64,000 nucleotides of DNA, from assembly GCF_006345805.1 (NCBI RefSeq), contig NC_043007.1, positions 59,706,001 to 59,770,000 on the forward strand, written 5' to 3'. The stretch is from Octopus sinensis (lineage: Eukaryota). Each line of letters begins with the position of its first letter. Within the stretch, counting starts at the first letter, position 1. The translations under genes and the position numbers were made by a program. The notes below the pieces were generated by a model, which did no database searches, was not told the origin of the DNA, and saw nothing but the letters and a program-made list of their open reading frames with translations. Below are positions 13,446-26,799 of this stretch, in pieces.

Positions 13446-13743
13446 TAACGTAGTTGATCTCTCAATCAGCAACGTTTTCTGGGATTTTCTTTATTAAAAT
13501 ATATTCCGACGGAGACCCACACCGAATTTAATGGATTTTTCATGATATTTTTCAAGATGGTAAAATGTGATTTGGGGCAAATTTAGCTTCTCTCTTTGTA
13601 GATCAAACGCTGGAAAACAGCAGGACTGGGGACCCCCATTTTAGTTCTAAGGAGGAATTAGAAGTTCATACACATCTATCGAGCAACATTTGTGTTGAAA
13701 AAAATGTGTCTTTAATTTTTAGAAATTCCTAAGTATAGGCACA

Positions 13744-14121
13744 GGCGTGGCTATGTGGTAAGAAGCTTGCTTCTCAACCACATAGTTCCGGGTTCAGTCT
13801 CACTGCGTGACATCTTTGGCAAGTAACTTCAATTATAGCCCCAGACGGACCAAAGCCATGCAAGAGGATTTTGTAGACGGAAACTGAAAGAAGCCCATCG
13901 TATGTGTGTGTGTGTGTGTGTGTCTTTGTGTTTATGTTTGTTCCTCCACCACTACTTGACACCCACTGCTTGTGTGTTAAGTCCAAGTAACATTTGTGGT
14001 TGGACAAAAGAGAACGATAGAATAAGTACTAGGTTTGAAAAAATAAGCCCCTGAGGTCATTTTGTTCACCTAAAACCCTTCAAGACTCCAGCACGTTCGC
14101 AGTCAAATGACTGAAACAAGA
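13744..14121 (+). mobile_element. SINE family A, full length
   Basis: A box TGGCTATGTGG, B box GGTTCAGTC, internal (TG)n, 3' ATGACTGAAACAAG. Confidence 0.85.
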
Positions 14122-14372
14122 AATGGATGCAATGTAAGCTCATTCATTTACCCCGTTTTTTTTTAAGTCTTACTTTCTCAATCAGTCACTAATGCATTAT
14201 CCTTCGTTGTTCACGATTTCTTGCTAACGCTTCACTTACTTGTCAATGCCTTGACGGAAGAATTCACTGAGGCCAGGTCTTGATTCGAAGAATTCATCGA
14301 GCTACGTTTTCAGCACCACCTCGTTGTTGAACGTAGCAGTTTGTCGGAGAGCAACTAAAAAAAAAAAAAAAA

Positions 14373-14552
14373 GGCGCGAGCGTGATGGTGTGGTAAGAAA
14401 CTTGCTTCCCAGCTACATGGTTCCGGGTTCAGTCCCACTGCGTGGCACTTCTATTGCCTCGGACCGACTAAAGCCTTGTGAGTGGATTTGATAGACGGAT
14501 CCTGAAAGAAGCCTATCGTGTATATATATATATATATATATACATATATATA

Positions 14553-14585
<33 letters not shown>

Positions 14586-14592
14586 ATGTATG

Positions 14593-14626
<34 letters not shown>

Positions 14627-14779
14627 TATATATATATGTTTGTATGTATATATCTGTGTATGTGCCTGTGTTTGTCCCCACATCACCGCTTGTTGGCGTG
14701 TTTATAAGTTCTTCAAGGCGGTGCTCCAGCATGGCCGCAGTCTAATGACTGAAACATGTAAAAGATAAAAGATAAAAGA
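14373..14779 (+). mobile_element. SINE family A with expanded internal microsatellite
   Basis: Same head and tail as 13744; (TAAAAGA)n-like tail. Confidence 0.85.
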
Positions 14780-16782
14780 TTTGATGGCACTATGTCAGAA
14801 TATGGTGGCTGCAGTAGAATTAAATGAAAGCGAAGACGACACAAGGAGGCAATATATATATAGAAACAACTGGCGGATTTATCCCACCATGCCTTTTCCT
14901 CTTAATTTTCTGTCTCTTTGTACTCTGTGTCGATATCTTTATACATGAATATTCTTACGCTCAATTTTGGCACCTTGATTGAAAACGAAGAGAATCAGTG
15001 ATCGAAATTGCTCATTTTTTCTACTTGGCACTTCATCATTATATGTCTGAAAAGAGGCAAAAATTTATTCAATATTCAAAAACAATAAATAAAAGTCGTA
15101 GAGGAAGAATAAAGCTAAACGAAAAAACAAAAACAAAAACAAAACAAAAGACAAAACACAATGATAAAAATATTTTCGTATTAATTCAAGTAACATTGGA
15201 AAGAAACGAACGAATTTATCTGACAACCCTGTGTTTGAAATTACTTTTTCAGTTTGAGGACAACTATTTTTGTTCTTTTCATGTAGGTTTTTAGAAACTT
15301 GAGAGTGGGTGGTTTTAAATTTAGAAATAGGCCAGAAATTCCTCGCCATTGACATGGAAACACCTTCGTTTGGTGGTTGGTAAAATGTTCTTTATTACTG
15401 AAGTAAAATACGACCATCTGGCGACAGGTTACGTCGTTACAGTAAGTTAAGCACAAATCGATTGCAATTTTGTTGACCGTGATACGAAACTATATCTATG
15501 GAGCAGTAGAATGTGTGAAGTTTAGTTTCCGTTTAGTATTTCTGTGGTAAAAATAATTGTATGTCTTCCGCACAAAAATAGACGCCAATGGTAAATATAG
15601 AAATATATCAATGGTATTGATTTTTGTAGTAAAGCATACATCAATGATACTATTTTAGTCTAAGTTGTAAATCGCATATTGTGTTTTTCCTTCCCTTTTT
15701 ATTTTTACTGATTTGTAACAATGGTACCACAAGCATATGTAATACCATTCAATACCTAAACTATACACCGAGCACCATTATTGTCATTTACAGTGCCTGA
15801 TTTAAGCATAAACTAAACGACAACTTAAGGCTTCATGATCCACAGGAGCTGACTAAATAAAAGTCATATTTTTTCATTTTTTCTGAAGCATTCCGGTGTA
15901 ATTTTCAAACAAAGGATCTTTAGGTTTTATGTAACATAGTGTCTCAGTAAATCTAATCCGTGCATGTCTTTTATTCAGCCAAATGCTGCTCTTAAATGTT
16001 TCTTTGGTAAAGTGTACATATTTAGTACGTTGAGAAACAGAGCATCAAAATATCCGAAAATCAATGTCGGTATTGTTGTTGTTTAGCCCATGGTCAGTCT
16101 TGATTGAACAGTGATTATTTTGTTTTTTGAAGTGTGTGATCTCAGGAAGGTTTGGTTGCTATTTTCAGCTTGTCAAGTAATATGTAGAAGCTTTCTTATC
16201 CGCTCATTGTTCATTATACTACTACACACTGTTGCTCTTTGATCCATTTATAAAATTTAATCAGTGAACTGCAGTTCACTAGAAAACGGCTGCAAATCTG
16301 AAGAGTAACAACAGTGGGTTGGCGCAAAATCAATCCTACTTTGTTACCAGTACCTATTCTATCAAAACTTCGAAGAATTAAAAGCGAAGCCGACAGCAAG
16401 GAGGTAATATATATATATATAGAAACAGCTGTCGGATCTGTCACACCATACCTTCTCCTTTTAATTTTCTGTGTCTTTGTACTCTGTGTATATATCTGTA
16501 TATTTACACATGAATATTCATAGCCTGAATGTCTTCAGTCTTTGTTTTCACTCTATTTCCATGTGATTATGTATGTACATATTGTATATCTAGCTCATGC
16601 AATTTATTTGTTTATTTTCATCATTGTCTCCGTATCTACTCACCTGGATTCCTCTTATAGCCACTCTTTACCCCGCGGACTTAGTCCTCGGTAAAGATTT
16701 TGGAGTATAAGTTCAAATCATCAGGACGCTATATAGAGCATCTATGGATCTCATCTGTTGACTATCTACCTGTCTATCTGTA

Positions 16783-16883
<101 letters not shown>

Positions 16884-16889
16884 GTCTAG

Positions 16890-16958
<69 letters not shown>

Positions 16959-17257
16959 CACCTTTACATACACACACACACACACACAAAGAAACAGAGA
17001 CGTACACAGACATGCAAATGCTGTCCCTTTCCTATATCTCACGAACAGTCTCACTTTCTTTACCTGGAGTATTCCTGTCCAAAGTGCAGGCCCATATACA
17101 GTTTTTGTAGGAGACTAGCCGAGCTTCATGCATCTAAGTTTTCTATATCTATATCACCAATGTTGTCTAGTGAAAAGACTAGGCACCAGTATCGTTGCAC
17201 GGAATGCTGTCAGAACGCAGAGGGCCAGAAAAGATACTACAAGGTATCCCATATATA

Positions 17258-17298
<41 letters not shown>

Positions 17299-17302
17299 TA
17301 TA

Positions 17303-17384
<82 letters not shown>

Positions 17385-17385
17385 T

Positions 17386-17421
<36 letters not shown>

Positions 17422-17574
17422 TATATATGTGTACACACACACACACACATTCTACGGAAAATAAAGGAATTCTCGAACGCAGGATGGTTATGAAGACACC
17501 TTAGAAAATCGGGTAAATACTCTTTAGATGACGGAGAAAAGGGCCTGCAAGCCTATATATATATATATATATAT

Positions 17575-17609
<35 letters not shown>

Positions 17610-17630
17610 TAGAGAGAGAGAGAGAGAGAG

Positions 17631-18205
17631 AGGGTGTCCCAAAAGTCACTGATGGGTTTCAATTTTTAATAACTTCCTTAACTTTACAAATAATTGATAC
17701 AATATAATGGACATAATAGAAATTAATATGCGCAAGTCAAGTTTTGCAACACTACTACATCACATATGAAAAATGATATTGCTTAAATGGCAGCCATTTT
17801 CGGCTTTGCACGCCCGTGCTCTTTCCAAAATTTGCGCCATAACAACCTCGAGAGTTTCAGACCCCACTTCTCTGATTTCTTTATTGATGTTCTCCATCAG
17901 TTGCACAAAAGTATCCGATTTGTTGACGTAAACCCTCTCTTTCAGGTATCCCTACAAGAAAAAAATTCGGGCTAGTCAAGCCTGAAGAATGTGAAGGCCA
18001 GTTGACATTGCCATAGTGGGAGATTATGCTCTCTCCAAAGCACTGCCGTAGCAACTACATTGCTTCTCTTGCGGTATGAGCAATTGCGCCATCTTACTGG
18101 AACCATGTGTGAGGTCTATTATGAATGGCCTTCACGTTCCCCAGACTTGACTAGCCCGGATTTTTTCTTGTGGAGATGCCTGAAAGAGAGGGATTACGTG
18201 AACTA
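17631..18205 (-). mobile_element. DD41D (rosa/Visitor-type) Tc1/mariner transposase relic with right end
   Basis: Minus strand: WFQ*DGAIAHTAREAM*LLRQCFGESIISHYGNVNWPSHSSGLTSPNFF..GYLKERVYVNK..CKAENGCHL. There are 41 residues between the second D and the third-D position. TIR-like AGGGTGTCCCAAAAGTC at 17631. Confidence 0.85.
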
Positions 18206-18455
18206 TTGTAAAACAGTTTGGCAGTGTTAATGAATTTGTGTGGACAGCCAAACCTAGCTATAAACTGCCAGAGATCTTCGTGATTTACAGTTTCAAATTC
18301 ATAGGTAGATCAATAGTTCTGGTTTTTTGATCTTGGTGTTCTTCGTGGCATTTCTTCTGAAGCGGTCTTGCAGCAAATATTTCTGTGTGCTTTTCAGCAA
18401 AACTGGAAGTAATTCAGCGAATCTACACAAACGAGATAATCTGAATGCGACATGT

Positions 18456-18690
18456 CAGCTCCTAGGAATGGCTGAAAAACTTAAGACTCTATTCCCTAGA
18501 ATGATGGTAGGAAAGATATGAAGTGATGTACACCTGGAAAATCTTGGAAGTACTTGTGCCGAACTTTGGCATTGAAACTTACAGAAACAGCAGAACAGGG
18601 TGCCATTGCATAGTGCTAAAAATCCTATCACACCCATCAAGATGCAGGACTAGATACTGGAAGAACTTCGGTTTCAAGGGCCCACAGTAA
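18456..18690 (+). mobile_element. CR1/L2-like LINE ORF2 C-terminal fragment
   Basis: EWLKNLRLYSLE*W*ERYEVMYTWKILEVLVPNFGIETYRNSRTG..GFKGPQ resembles YWERLK.L.LYSLERRRERY..IY.WKILEGLVPN. Confidence 0.75.
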
Positions 18691-18975
18691 GGAGATGTCA
18701 TGGTAGTTATCACAGAACTGTCTGTTCTACCACTGTTTGTGGATGTGGATCATTGAAAGATCACAGAATCTCCGTGGGAGTTTGTCATCGTGCCAGATAG
18801 ACTAGAACGCTCTCGTCGAATTTTGATGCAGAATTGGTCCTCCAGAACTCGTAAATTTATGCTGGTATGGCATCTGATCCAAGAGTTTGGTTATTTCACT
18901 GTTGCTTGATGTCTTGTGCCACTTCTGTGTAAGTCAAATGATTGTCTAGTACGGAGTTGATTTCAATTTAAGACT
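18690..18975 (-). mobile_element. RTE-clade LINE RT N-terminal fragment
   Basis: TYTEVAQDIKQ..LGSDAIPA*IY and IWHDDKLP..IHIHK..RQFCDNYHDIS resemble APGSDAIPAEIY / CDNYRGIS. Confidence 0.75.
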
Positions 18976-19185
18976 GTTGCGAATTTGCAACCCCATTTAT
19001 TTTTGAAATAGACTGGGGATTATATCGAAGTATTCGAAACCTGAAAATTCGTTAGCATTTCGGAGAGGTGCAATTCTTGTGAATTGAGAACTACAACACC
19101 ACAACATATGTCTGCGATTTGCGTTTCGGCTTTCGAGGTCAATGAATTCGTACGAAGTAAACACACAGTTTTTACATGCAATATA

Positions 19186-19216
<31 letters not shown>

Positions 19217-19718
19217 TTGTTGTCGTCGTCGTCGTCGTCGTTGTTGTTGTTGCTGTTGTTGTTTAACTCCAAATCAGCTCAGAGAATGCAAATCTATGAT
19301 TGAAGGTTTTCCAATCACGACCATCCCACTGTTTTCATGGATAGTGTTATATCTAGAACGACAGTGCTAATAACCGCTACACATCATATACGGAAGAAAT
19401 GAATGAACAGGTTAAGTCGCCACTGGCCAAGTTTCGAACTGCAAAAGTGAGGCATTGAAATTCGGTTTATTAATTTCGCAGTTGTTCGTTTTGCGTGCCC
19501 GGTGCTTTCCAGTGTTTCCACTATAAGCCGCATTTCCATTATAAGCCGCACCCGTTTTTCACACAGGAATATATATTGACAGCAACAGCAGCAGCAGCAG
19601 CAGCTGTAGCATCACGACAACAATGATGACAAACTTGACAATAACAGCAACACCAGCTTCGACAAGCGATGGCATCTGTGATGACGACGATGGCGATGGC
19701 ATTTATGAACAATGGATG

Positions 19719-19759
<41 letters not shown>

Positions 19760-20127
19760 CACCACCACCACCACCACCACCACACCACCACTACTACTAA
19801 GATGATGAACAGAAAATTTATTGGGATTCCTTAAACAAGTAGCTGCTACAAATGCAATAATGTTTATGTTTATATTCTACATTCATTCGTGTGTGTGTAT
19901 ATAAGGGTGTATAATATGCAAGTATGTGTGTATGTACACATTTACATGCATGACATTGTATATATATGTATATATATATTAATGCATCAATAGGTGTATG
20001 CATGTCTGTATGTTCGTATGTACTGAAGTATGTGTATATGCATACATACATGTATGTACGTATGTATGTATATATGCATATATATATGTACGTATATATA
20101 CATATTAATACATCTATAGGTTTATGC

Positions 20128-20195
<68 letters not shown>

Positions 20196-20196
20196 A

Positions 20197-20228
<32 letters not shown>

Positions 20229-20607
20229 AGACTGCGTCTGCATATATAGACATAGCCTCATACACATGTGTACACACACACACGGACACATATGTCAGCT
20301 GTAGGTTGGCAGCTGGACAACAATATGTGTGCATCAGAGACGTGGGCGAATCTCAGCCTCGCTTTGAGCTTCAGAATCATTTGAATTTTATGTCATTTTT
20401 TATTTGTATTTCCATTTCCGTATTTTTGTTTTTATGATCTCTTGGTTTGATAAATCAGTCATACGTTTCCTTAATAAACCATTGTAGTATGCTTTTGATG
20501 TTGCTGTTCTTGTTGTTATTCTTATTGCTGGTAGTATTATAACTGTGGGCCATTTATTAATTTCACTTTTTAGCAGTTTTTATAATTTACTCATCTATCT
20601 ATTTATG

Positions 20608-20766
20608 GGCGCAAGCGTGGCTGTGTGGTAATAAGCTTGCTTCCCAACCACATGGTTCCAGATTCAGTCCTAATGCATGACACCTTGGGCATATGTCTTC
20701 TACTATTGTCTCGAGCTGACCAAAGCCTTATGAGTGGATTTTTAGGTGGGAACTGAAAGACGTCCG

Positions 20767-20768
<2 letters not shown>
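20608..20768 (+). mobile_element. SINE family A, 5' half
   Basis: GCGTGGCTGTGTGGTAATAAGCTTGCTTCCCAACCAC head. Confidence 0.85.
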
Positions 20769-20860
<92 letters not shown>

Positions 20861-20862
<2 letters not shown>

Positions 20863-21180
20863 AGCGCTCAGTCGGTTACGAAGACGAGGGTCTCAGCTAA
20901 TACGATCAACGGAACTGCTTGCTTGTGAAATTAACGTGCAAGAGGCTGAGCACTTCACAGACACGTATACCCTTAACGTAGTTCTCAGGGAGATTCAGCG
21001 TGACACAGACTGTGACAAAACTGGCCCTTTGAAATAAAGGTACTACTCAGTTTTGCCAGCTGAGTGGACTGGAGCAACGTGAAATAAAGTGTCTTGCTCA
21101 AGGACACAACGCGTCTCCGGGAATTGAACTCCCGACCTTACGATCTTGAGTCGAATGCCCTAACAACTAAGCCACGCGCC

Positions 21181-21183
<3 letters not shown>
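20861..21183 (-). mobile_element. tRNA-derived SINE family D, full length
   Basis: Reverse complement GGCGCGTGGCTTAGTTG..GAGTTCAATTCCC..GTGTCCTTGAGCAAGACAC. Confidence 0.85.
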
Positions 21184-21239
<56 letters not shown>

Positions 21240-21325
21240 TTTTACCACGACCCACTGTAGGCTCAAGATCCAACCCAGGAAAGGTAACGTGGTAAAGTAT
21301 AAATAATAACACAAATGTTATGAGG

Positions 21326-21410
21326 TTTGCTACAGTTGTTTCAGACATGTTCTTTATTGATGAACAAATCAATTACATCATGAGAAAAAAAACCATTTTC
21401 TTCATGCGAA
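21326..21410 (-). ncRNA. Decayed hammerhead, inverted partner of 21513-21598
   Basis: TTCGC-ATGAAGA-AAAT..GTCT-GAAA-CAACTG-TA-GCAAA. Confidence 0.55.
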
Positions 21411-21512
21411 TTGAGAGTAAAATTTAACACATAGGATTTTTCACACAAATAGTATAATCTGGTCAATATGCATTACATAATATTCTTTGTATGAAAAATC
21501 CTAACTGCTAAA

Positions 21513-21598
21513 TTCACCTGAAGAAAACTGTTTCTTTTTCACATGGTGTAATCGTTTAGTGCATTTATAAAGAACACGTCTGAAACAGCTGTAGTGAA
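21513..21598 (+). ncRNA. Type I hammerhead, intact core, extended stem II
   Basis: TTCAC-CTGAAGA-AAAC..GTCT-GAAA-CAGCTG-TA-GTGAA; one stem II mismatch. Confidence 0.75.
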
Positions 21599-21646
21599 CC
21601 TCATCTCAATCTGTGTTATCATATATATATAAATGAATATACATGC

Positions 21647-21768
<122 letters not shown>

Positions 21769-21948
21769 GTATGTTATATTAATTGTTATCGCCATATTAA
21801 TATGGCATTCTTATAGATATAAGAATAATCGCTGCCGCTGGTCAGCTCCATGAGGCCACCGCCATCAAGATAGCTATTGATACACGATCTGTATCCATTA
21901 TAACCTTCGAACAAGGGAGGTCAGCCGCTTCACACTACCAGTCCGACA

Positions 21949-21990
21949 GCTACAGACGCGTTTCGGGGTATTGCCCCTTGTCAATGTAGC
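21949..21990 (-). ncRNA. Minimal type I hammerhead with U3-A8 core
   Basis: GCTACA-TTGACAA-GGGG caata CCCC-GAAA-CGCG-TC-TGTAGC; all stems perfect. Confidence 0.8.
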
Positions 21991-22600
21991 GCAGTCAGAC
22001 CCGCAGGTGTCGCCACTGACGTCTCTGTTCGAAGGTTTCTATTTACCTAGTTTCAGTGGAATACATCCACTTGTTTTCAATAATAGAAATATTAAAATTA
22101 CTAAGTCTAATTTCATCAGAGATATGAAACTGTTATATGCAACGTTATTGGGTTGAAAAGATGACCGTATTCACCTAAAATGCGTGTGAGGGAACGTTAT
22201 AAAGACGTGAGACGGGGGTGAAAAAAAATTAACAACGCACAGACAAGGGCGAGGCAGAAACACGAAAGAATGTTATCAGAGTGAGAGTGAGATAGATAGG
22301 GTCATTTTTTAACAGACAGTTTTATTGTTTCTTCTTATCTCTAGTTTTCCTTTGATGTACATTAATGTTAGACTGCTATATAAATTGGCAATAGGTGCAT
22401 ACTGTCTGTTCAAGGGTATATCATAGATATATTTGTCTCAGCAAGTGTAAATGTGTGTGTGCGTGTGTGTGTGTATGCATACACATACATCCATATGTAC
22501 ACACAAACATAGAAACACATATACACTCACACTAATATAATATATATAAATATATGTAGAAATATATGAACATATCCAAATAAATATACATACATATAAG

Positions 22601-22632
<32 letters not shown>

Positions 22633-22661
22633 TGTATGTATGTATGTATGTATGTATATAT

Positions 22662-22725
<64 letters not shown>

Positions 22726-24167
22726 GTTTAAAGATACAATGGAGGTATAATGAACAAAAAAATTACTCCATTCAGTGAGAGATAATAATTTAAATACACA
22801 ACCGAAAGAGCTACTGATAGCTTCATGCCTTTTGATACGTGAACAGGCATATTCATAAAATACGCCATGTATCTTAAGGCAATTTTTCTGGCTCTGTTTA
22901 TGCGTTATACATATATATATATATTGAAAAACAGGGATGCTGGACTGTAACAAAATGAGAAGAAAAAAACTTGGAAAAATGTGAAGAAGGTTGGTGTAAA
23001 AAATGGAACGAGAAAGCTCTTTAAATACAACTACTTTAGAACAAAATAACATGGACAGATTTCTTTTATCGAATTGGAGGACAGCAGCCTCTTCGGACCG
23101 TCTCGTAGATTTTGATATATTTTCTGTTACTTTGTTCTAAACCAGTTGTATTTAATGAGCTTTCCGCAACCAGGTAGGGCGAGGATCTTAGTTTTCTTGA
23201 TTTCGTTTATTTTTTCTCGTTCCATCTTTTGCACCAACCTTCTTCACATTTTTCCACGTTTTTTGTTTCTTATTTTTTTATTGCCCAAATCTTTGTTTTA
23301 AAAATATATATAACATATAAACCGATTCTGAAAGGCTACTTTAAGATACATGGCGTATTTTATAAATATGCCTGTTCAAGTATCATAATGTAGTTGGCTG
23401 GTCCAAACGTGCATAAATAGCGTCGTATCTGTATAGATACCGACACACAAATAGAAAGATATCCTCAGAGATACCTATATCGATGTATGCGTCTTCGAAG
23501 CTTAGTCTATTGTTTCGTGTCAGCGTAGAGCATTCTTCGATTTAATTGAATGAATTCTTATTACCAGACAGAAGAATATAAGCAACAATACGACAAATCC
23601 CACTCCTCGAACCCTCAGCCAATATCTCTGACATTAATTGTCCCTACACTCCTAACGATGTTGGCAAGGCACTTCATTTCGAGTTGCACCAGACTATTCA
23701 TCTGAAAATTAGTATCCTCCCTGTACTTTACTCTTGTCAAAAGATGACTCATGTCAACGGAATAAGATCTTTAGATTTAGAGACTATTGTCATAAACTCT
23801 AGTATTTTGCTAAGGAATCTTGCCGTATAAAGCAGAGGTTTTCAACAATTCCACAACTCTGAATCTCACTCTTAACGTTTCTCACTCTTGTGAAAGCTTA
23901 TGTTTCTTTTTTATTTTGTTTTTTATAACGACAGAAATAATTTTCCCTCCAATATTCTAGAGTTTTATCAGTCCTCAAACCAAGTCAAGTTCCCTGTGTA
24001 GCTACGGAGGTCCCGCAATAAAATAGATCTTATTATTTGACTATGGCGTGTAACACAGCAAAATACTGCTAAACACAATTGCAGTAATTTTGCTGGGTGG
24101 TATATGTTCTTTGTTTAGGTTGCAGAAGCTGCGTTATGTGTTTTAAAGTTGGGAGGAGTTTGCATGT

Positions 24168-24475
24168 GGAGGCGCAATGGCCCAGTGGTTAGGGCAGCGG
24201 ACTCGCGGTTGGAGGATCGCGGTTTCGATTCCCAGACCGGGCGTTGTGTGTGTTTATTGAGCGAAAACACCTAGAGCTCCACGACGCTCCGGCAGGGGGT
24301 GATGGCGACCCCTGCTGTATTCTTTCGCCCCAAATTTCTCTCACTCTTTCTTCCTGTTTCTTGAGTAACGCTGCGATAGACTGGAGTCCCGTCCAGTTGG
24401 CGGGGAACACATACGCCACAGAAACCGGGAAATCGGGCCCATGAGCTTGAAAAGGGCGCATAAAAAAAAATAAAA
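24168..24475 (+). mobile_element. tRNA-derived SINE family C, full length
   Basis: A box TGGCCCAGTGG, B box GTTTCGATTCC, A-rich tail; second copy at 40941. Confidence 0.9.
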
Positions 24476-24701
24476 GGAGTTTGTATAGTTGTGTAAATTA
24501 TGTAATAACTTTATAGCCAGACGAAGATTATGTAGAAATTAAGTTGAGTAAAGTGTGCTAAGTATTTTAAAATTGAAATGCGCCGTGTGAGATAAGATAG
24601 GTGTTTCAATGTCAGATAGAAATTGAGTTTCGTATGTGTTGTGTGAAGAGTGCTAAGTATCGTGTCGCTGATTATGTGCTGTGCAGATTGTATAATATTG
24701 A

Positions 24702-25085
24702 TTTCGAATTTTGGCACAAGGCCAGCAATTTCGGGGTCGGGTGGGGTGGGGCGGCTAAATTAATCATCTCGACCACAGAGTTCAACCAATACTTATTTTA
24801 TTGACCCTGAAAGGATGAAAGGCAAAGTAAACTCAGGTGAAATTTGAATTCATAATGTGAAGACGGACGTGCTCAGGATTCTGCCAGATCGCTGCCATAA
24901 ACGGATTGTACCTATATAATGTTGTTTTCAAATTTTGGCACAAGGCCAGCAATTTTGATAGTGGCGGCGGTTACATCGCCCCCAGTGCTCAACTGGTGCT
25001 TATTTTATCGACCCCGAAAGTGGAGAGGGCAAAGTCGACCTTGGCGGAATTTGAACTCAGGACGTAAAAACGGATGAAATGCTGA
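24702..25085 (-). mobile_element. Two tandem SINE family B copies
   Basis: Two GACCCYGAAAG..GGCAAAGT cores at about 24800 and 25010. Confidence 0.75.
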
Positions 25086-26413
25086 CCATCTTAAGCCAAG
25101 AGTAAAATACTGCAATTTATTGGTCTCAGAGGATTCCTATCCGGAGGAATCCATAGGGATAATTGATAAGCGACTCTTTTTCTTGACTAAGAATAACGAT
25201 TGGAGATTTACAGTTTTTAGCAACTCTACTGAAAATTATCGAGTTTAATTATTAGGACTCCTACCACATGGAAAATAATAGTTAAGTTAGTGTTACTATA
25301 TTTAATGTAGCAGATATTAAAAACCTAATTAGCATGCTGTTTGTTTGTTTTTTTATGTTGATGACTGTCTGAGTAATTAACCTCAGTAATTTTATAAAAC
25401 CACAGAGGTACAACTATGTATGCATGTGTGTATGTATGTATGTATGTATGTATGTATGTATGTATGTATGTATGTATGTATGTGTGGGTATGCATGTGTG
25501 TGCGTGTGTGTATATATGTATATGTATGTATACATACATTCAAAGATACGTATACATATGTGTGTGTCGGAGTATGTGTGTATGTGGAAGTGTGTGTGTT
25601 CTAGGCTTGTTTCAACAAGCACAGAACCATTTCACCCCCTCTCTCTCCCCTACTCTTCTTCATTATTTTATCTCCCACCTTCACTCACACTTTTCTTCAA
25701 ATTATAAGTATCATTAATTTACACAATTAGTATTCCTAATTACTAGGCAGTGTTCCCTTTATCTCATTCCTAATGATACATTCTCTCTCTTTTGTTCCCT
25801 TTTAGATGATGATCGTTTTAACATTGTTGTTAGTGTAGTTGTTGATACTGACAGTGAAGGTCTGAGGAGGTGTGGTGATAGCAGTTGCAAGCAAGGGTAG
25901 TATTGTTGTCAGCAGTGGTGGTGGTGGTAGTGGTGATAGTGTTATTGGTGCTGTTGTTAGAAATATTAGTGGTGGTAGTAGTATGGTGGAGGTGATAGTG
26001 GTTGCGAAGTTAGTATTGTTATAGTTGTTGGTAGCGTGAGCGATAGTCGTGATGTTATAGTGACGCTGTTAGTGGTGGTGGTGCTGCAGCAACATTATTT
26101 TCTTAACAATAACAGAATCAGAAACAACTTTGGTTTTTCTCAATTTATATGATTTGAAAACCAGATGAAGTGATTGAAGACCCAATCAAACTTATCTACC
26201 AATATAATACAAAAAGGCAAAAATCATGTTGGTGCAGATATATGTGAATAAACAATAGCTTCTATAATTTTAAGAAATAATAATGGTGGAAATTTCATCA
26301 GTCACTAATTTATGATGTTGAATGCGCCTTCAAATTCAAATACCATATTCCTGTTTATCTCATCTTTCTCAATCAATATATTAATGTTGTTGCATATTAG
26401 TGTTACTGTAGAT

Positions 26414-26666
26414 CAATGGTTCTCAACCAATTTTTGCTTGTGGATCCCCTTTGATTCTTATTTTAATCGGATGGACCTCACAGCCATTCGTTGTTTTGAA
26501 AATCCTATTATATTTAATAATATTATTAGGAACTGTAAAAAATTGTTATTAAGATATTTCATATATTGTAGAAGTATAACGAATGTATTGCACAGAGATT
26601 TTAACTACAAAAGCTTATATAGAAACCCCCACCAAGGGTCACGTGGACCCTGGTTGAGAACCACTG
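26414..26666. mobile_element. hAT (Charlie-type) MITE
   Basis: TIRs CAATGGTTCTCAACC / GGTTGAGAACCACTG; flanking 8-mers CTGTAGAT / CTCTAAAT (6/8 match). Confidence 0.8.
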
Positions 26667-26799
26667 CTCTAAATTTTGTGGAGCATCTCTTTGCACCCTA
26701 AACTACAGTTTTATCGAATCCCCTTGGACACTGGGAGAAAGCAGAAATCGTTGCCAAGTGTGCACTGACCTGCAAGACTAATAAATACCAGCCACCACT

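Noticed and set aside
24171-24240. tRNA genes at SINE heads
   Set aside because: A and B boxes are present, but they run into SINE bodies and lack a complete cloverleaf acceptor stem.
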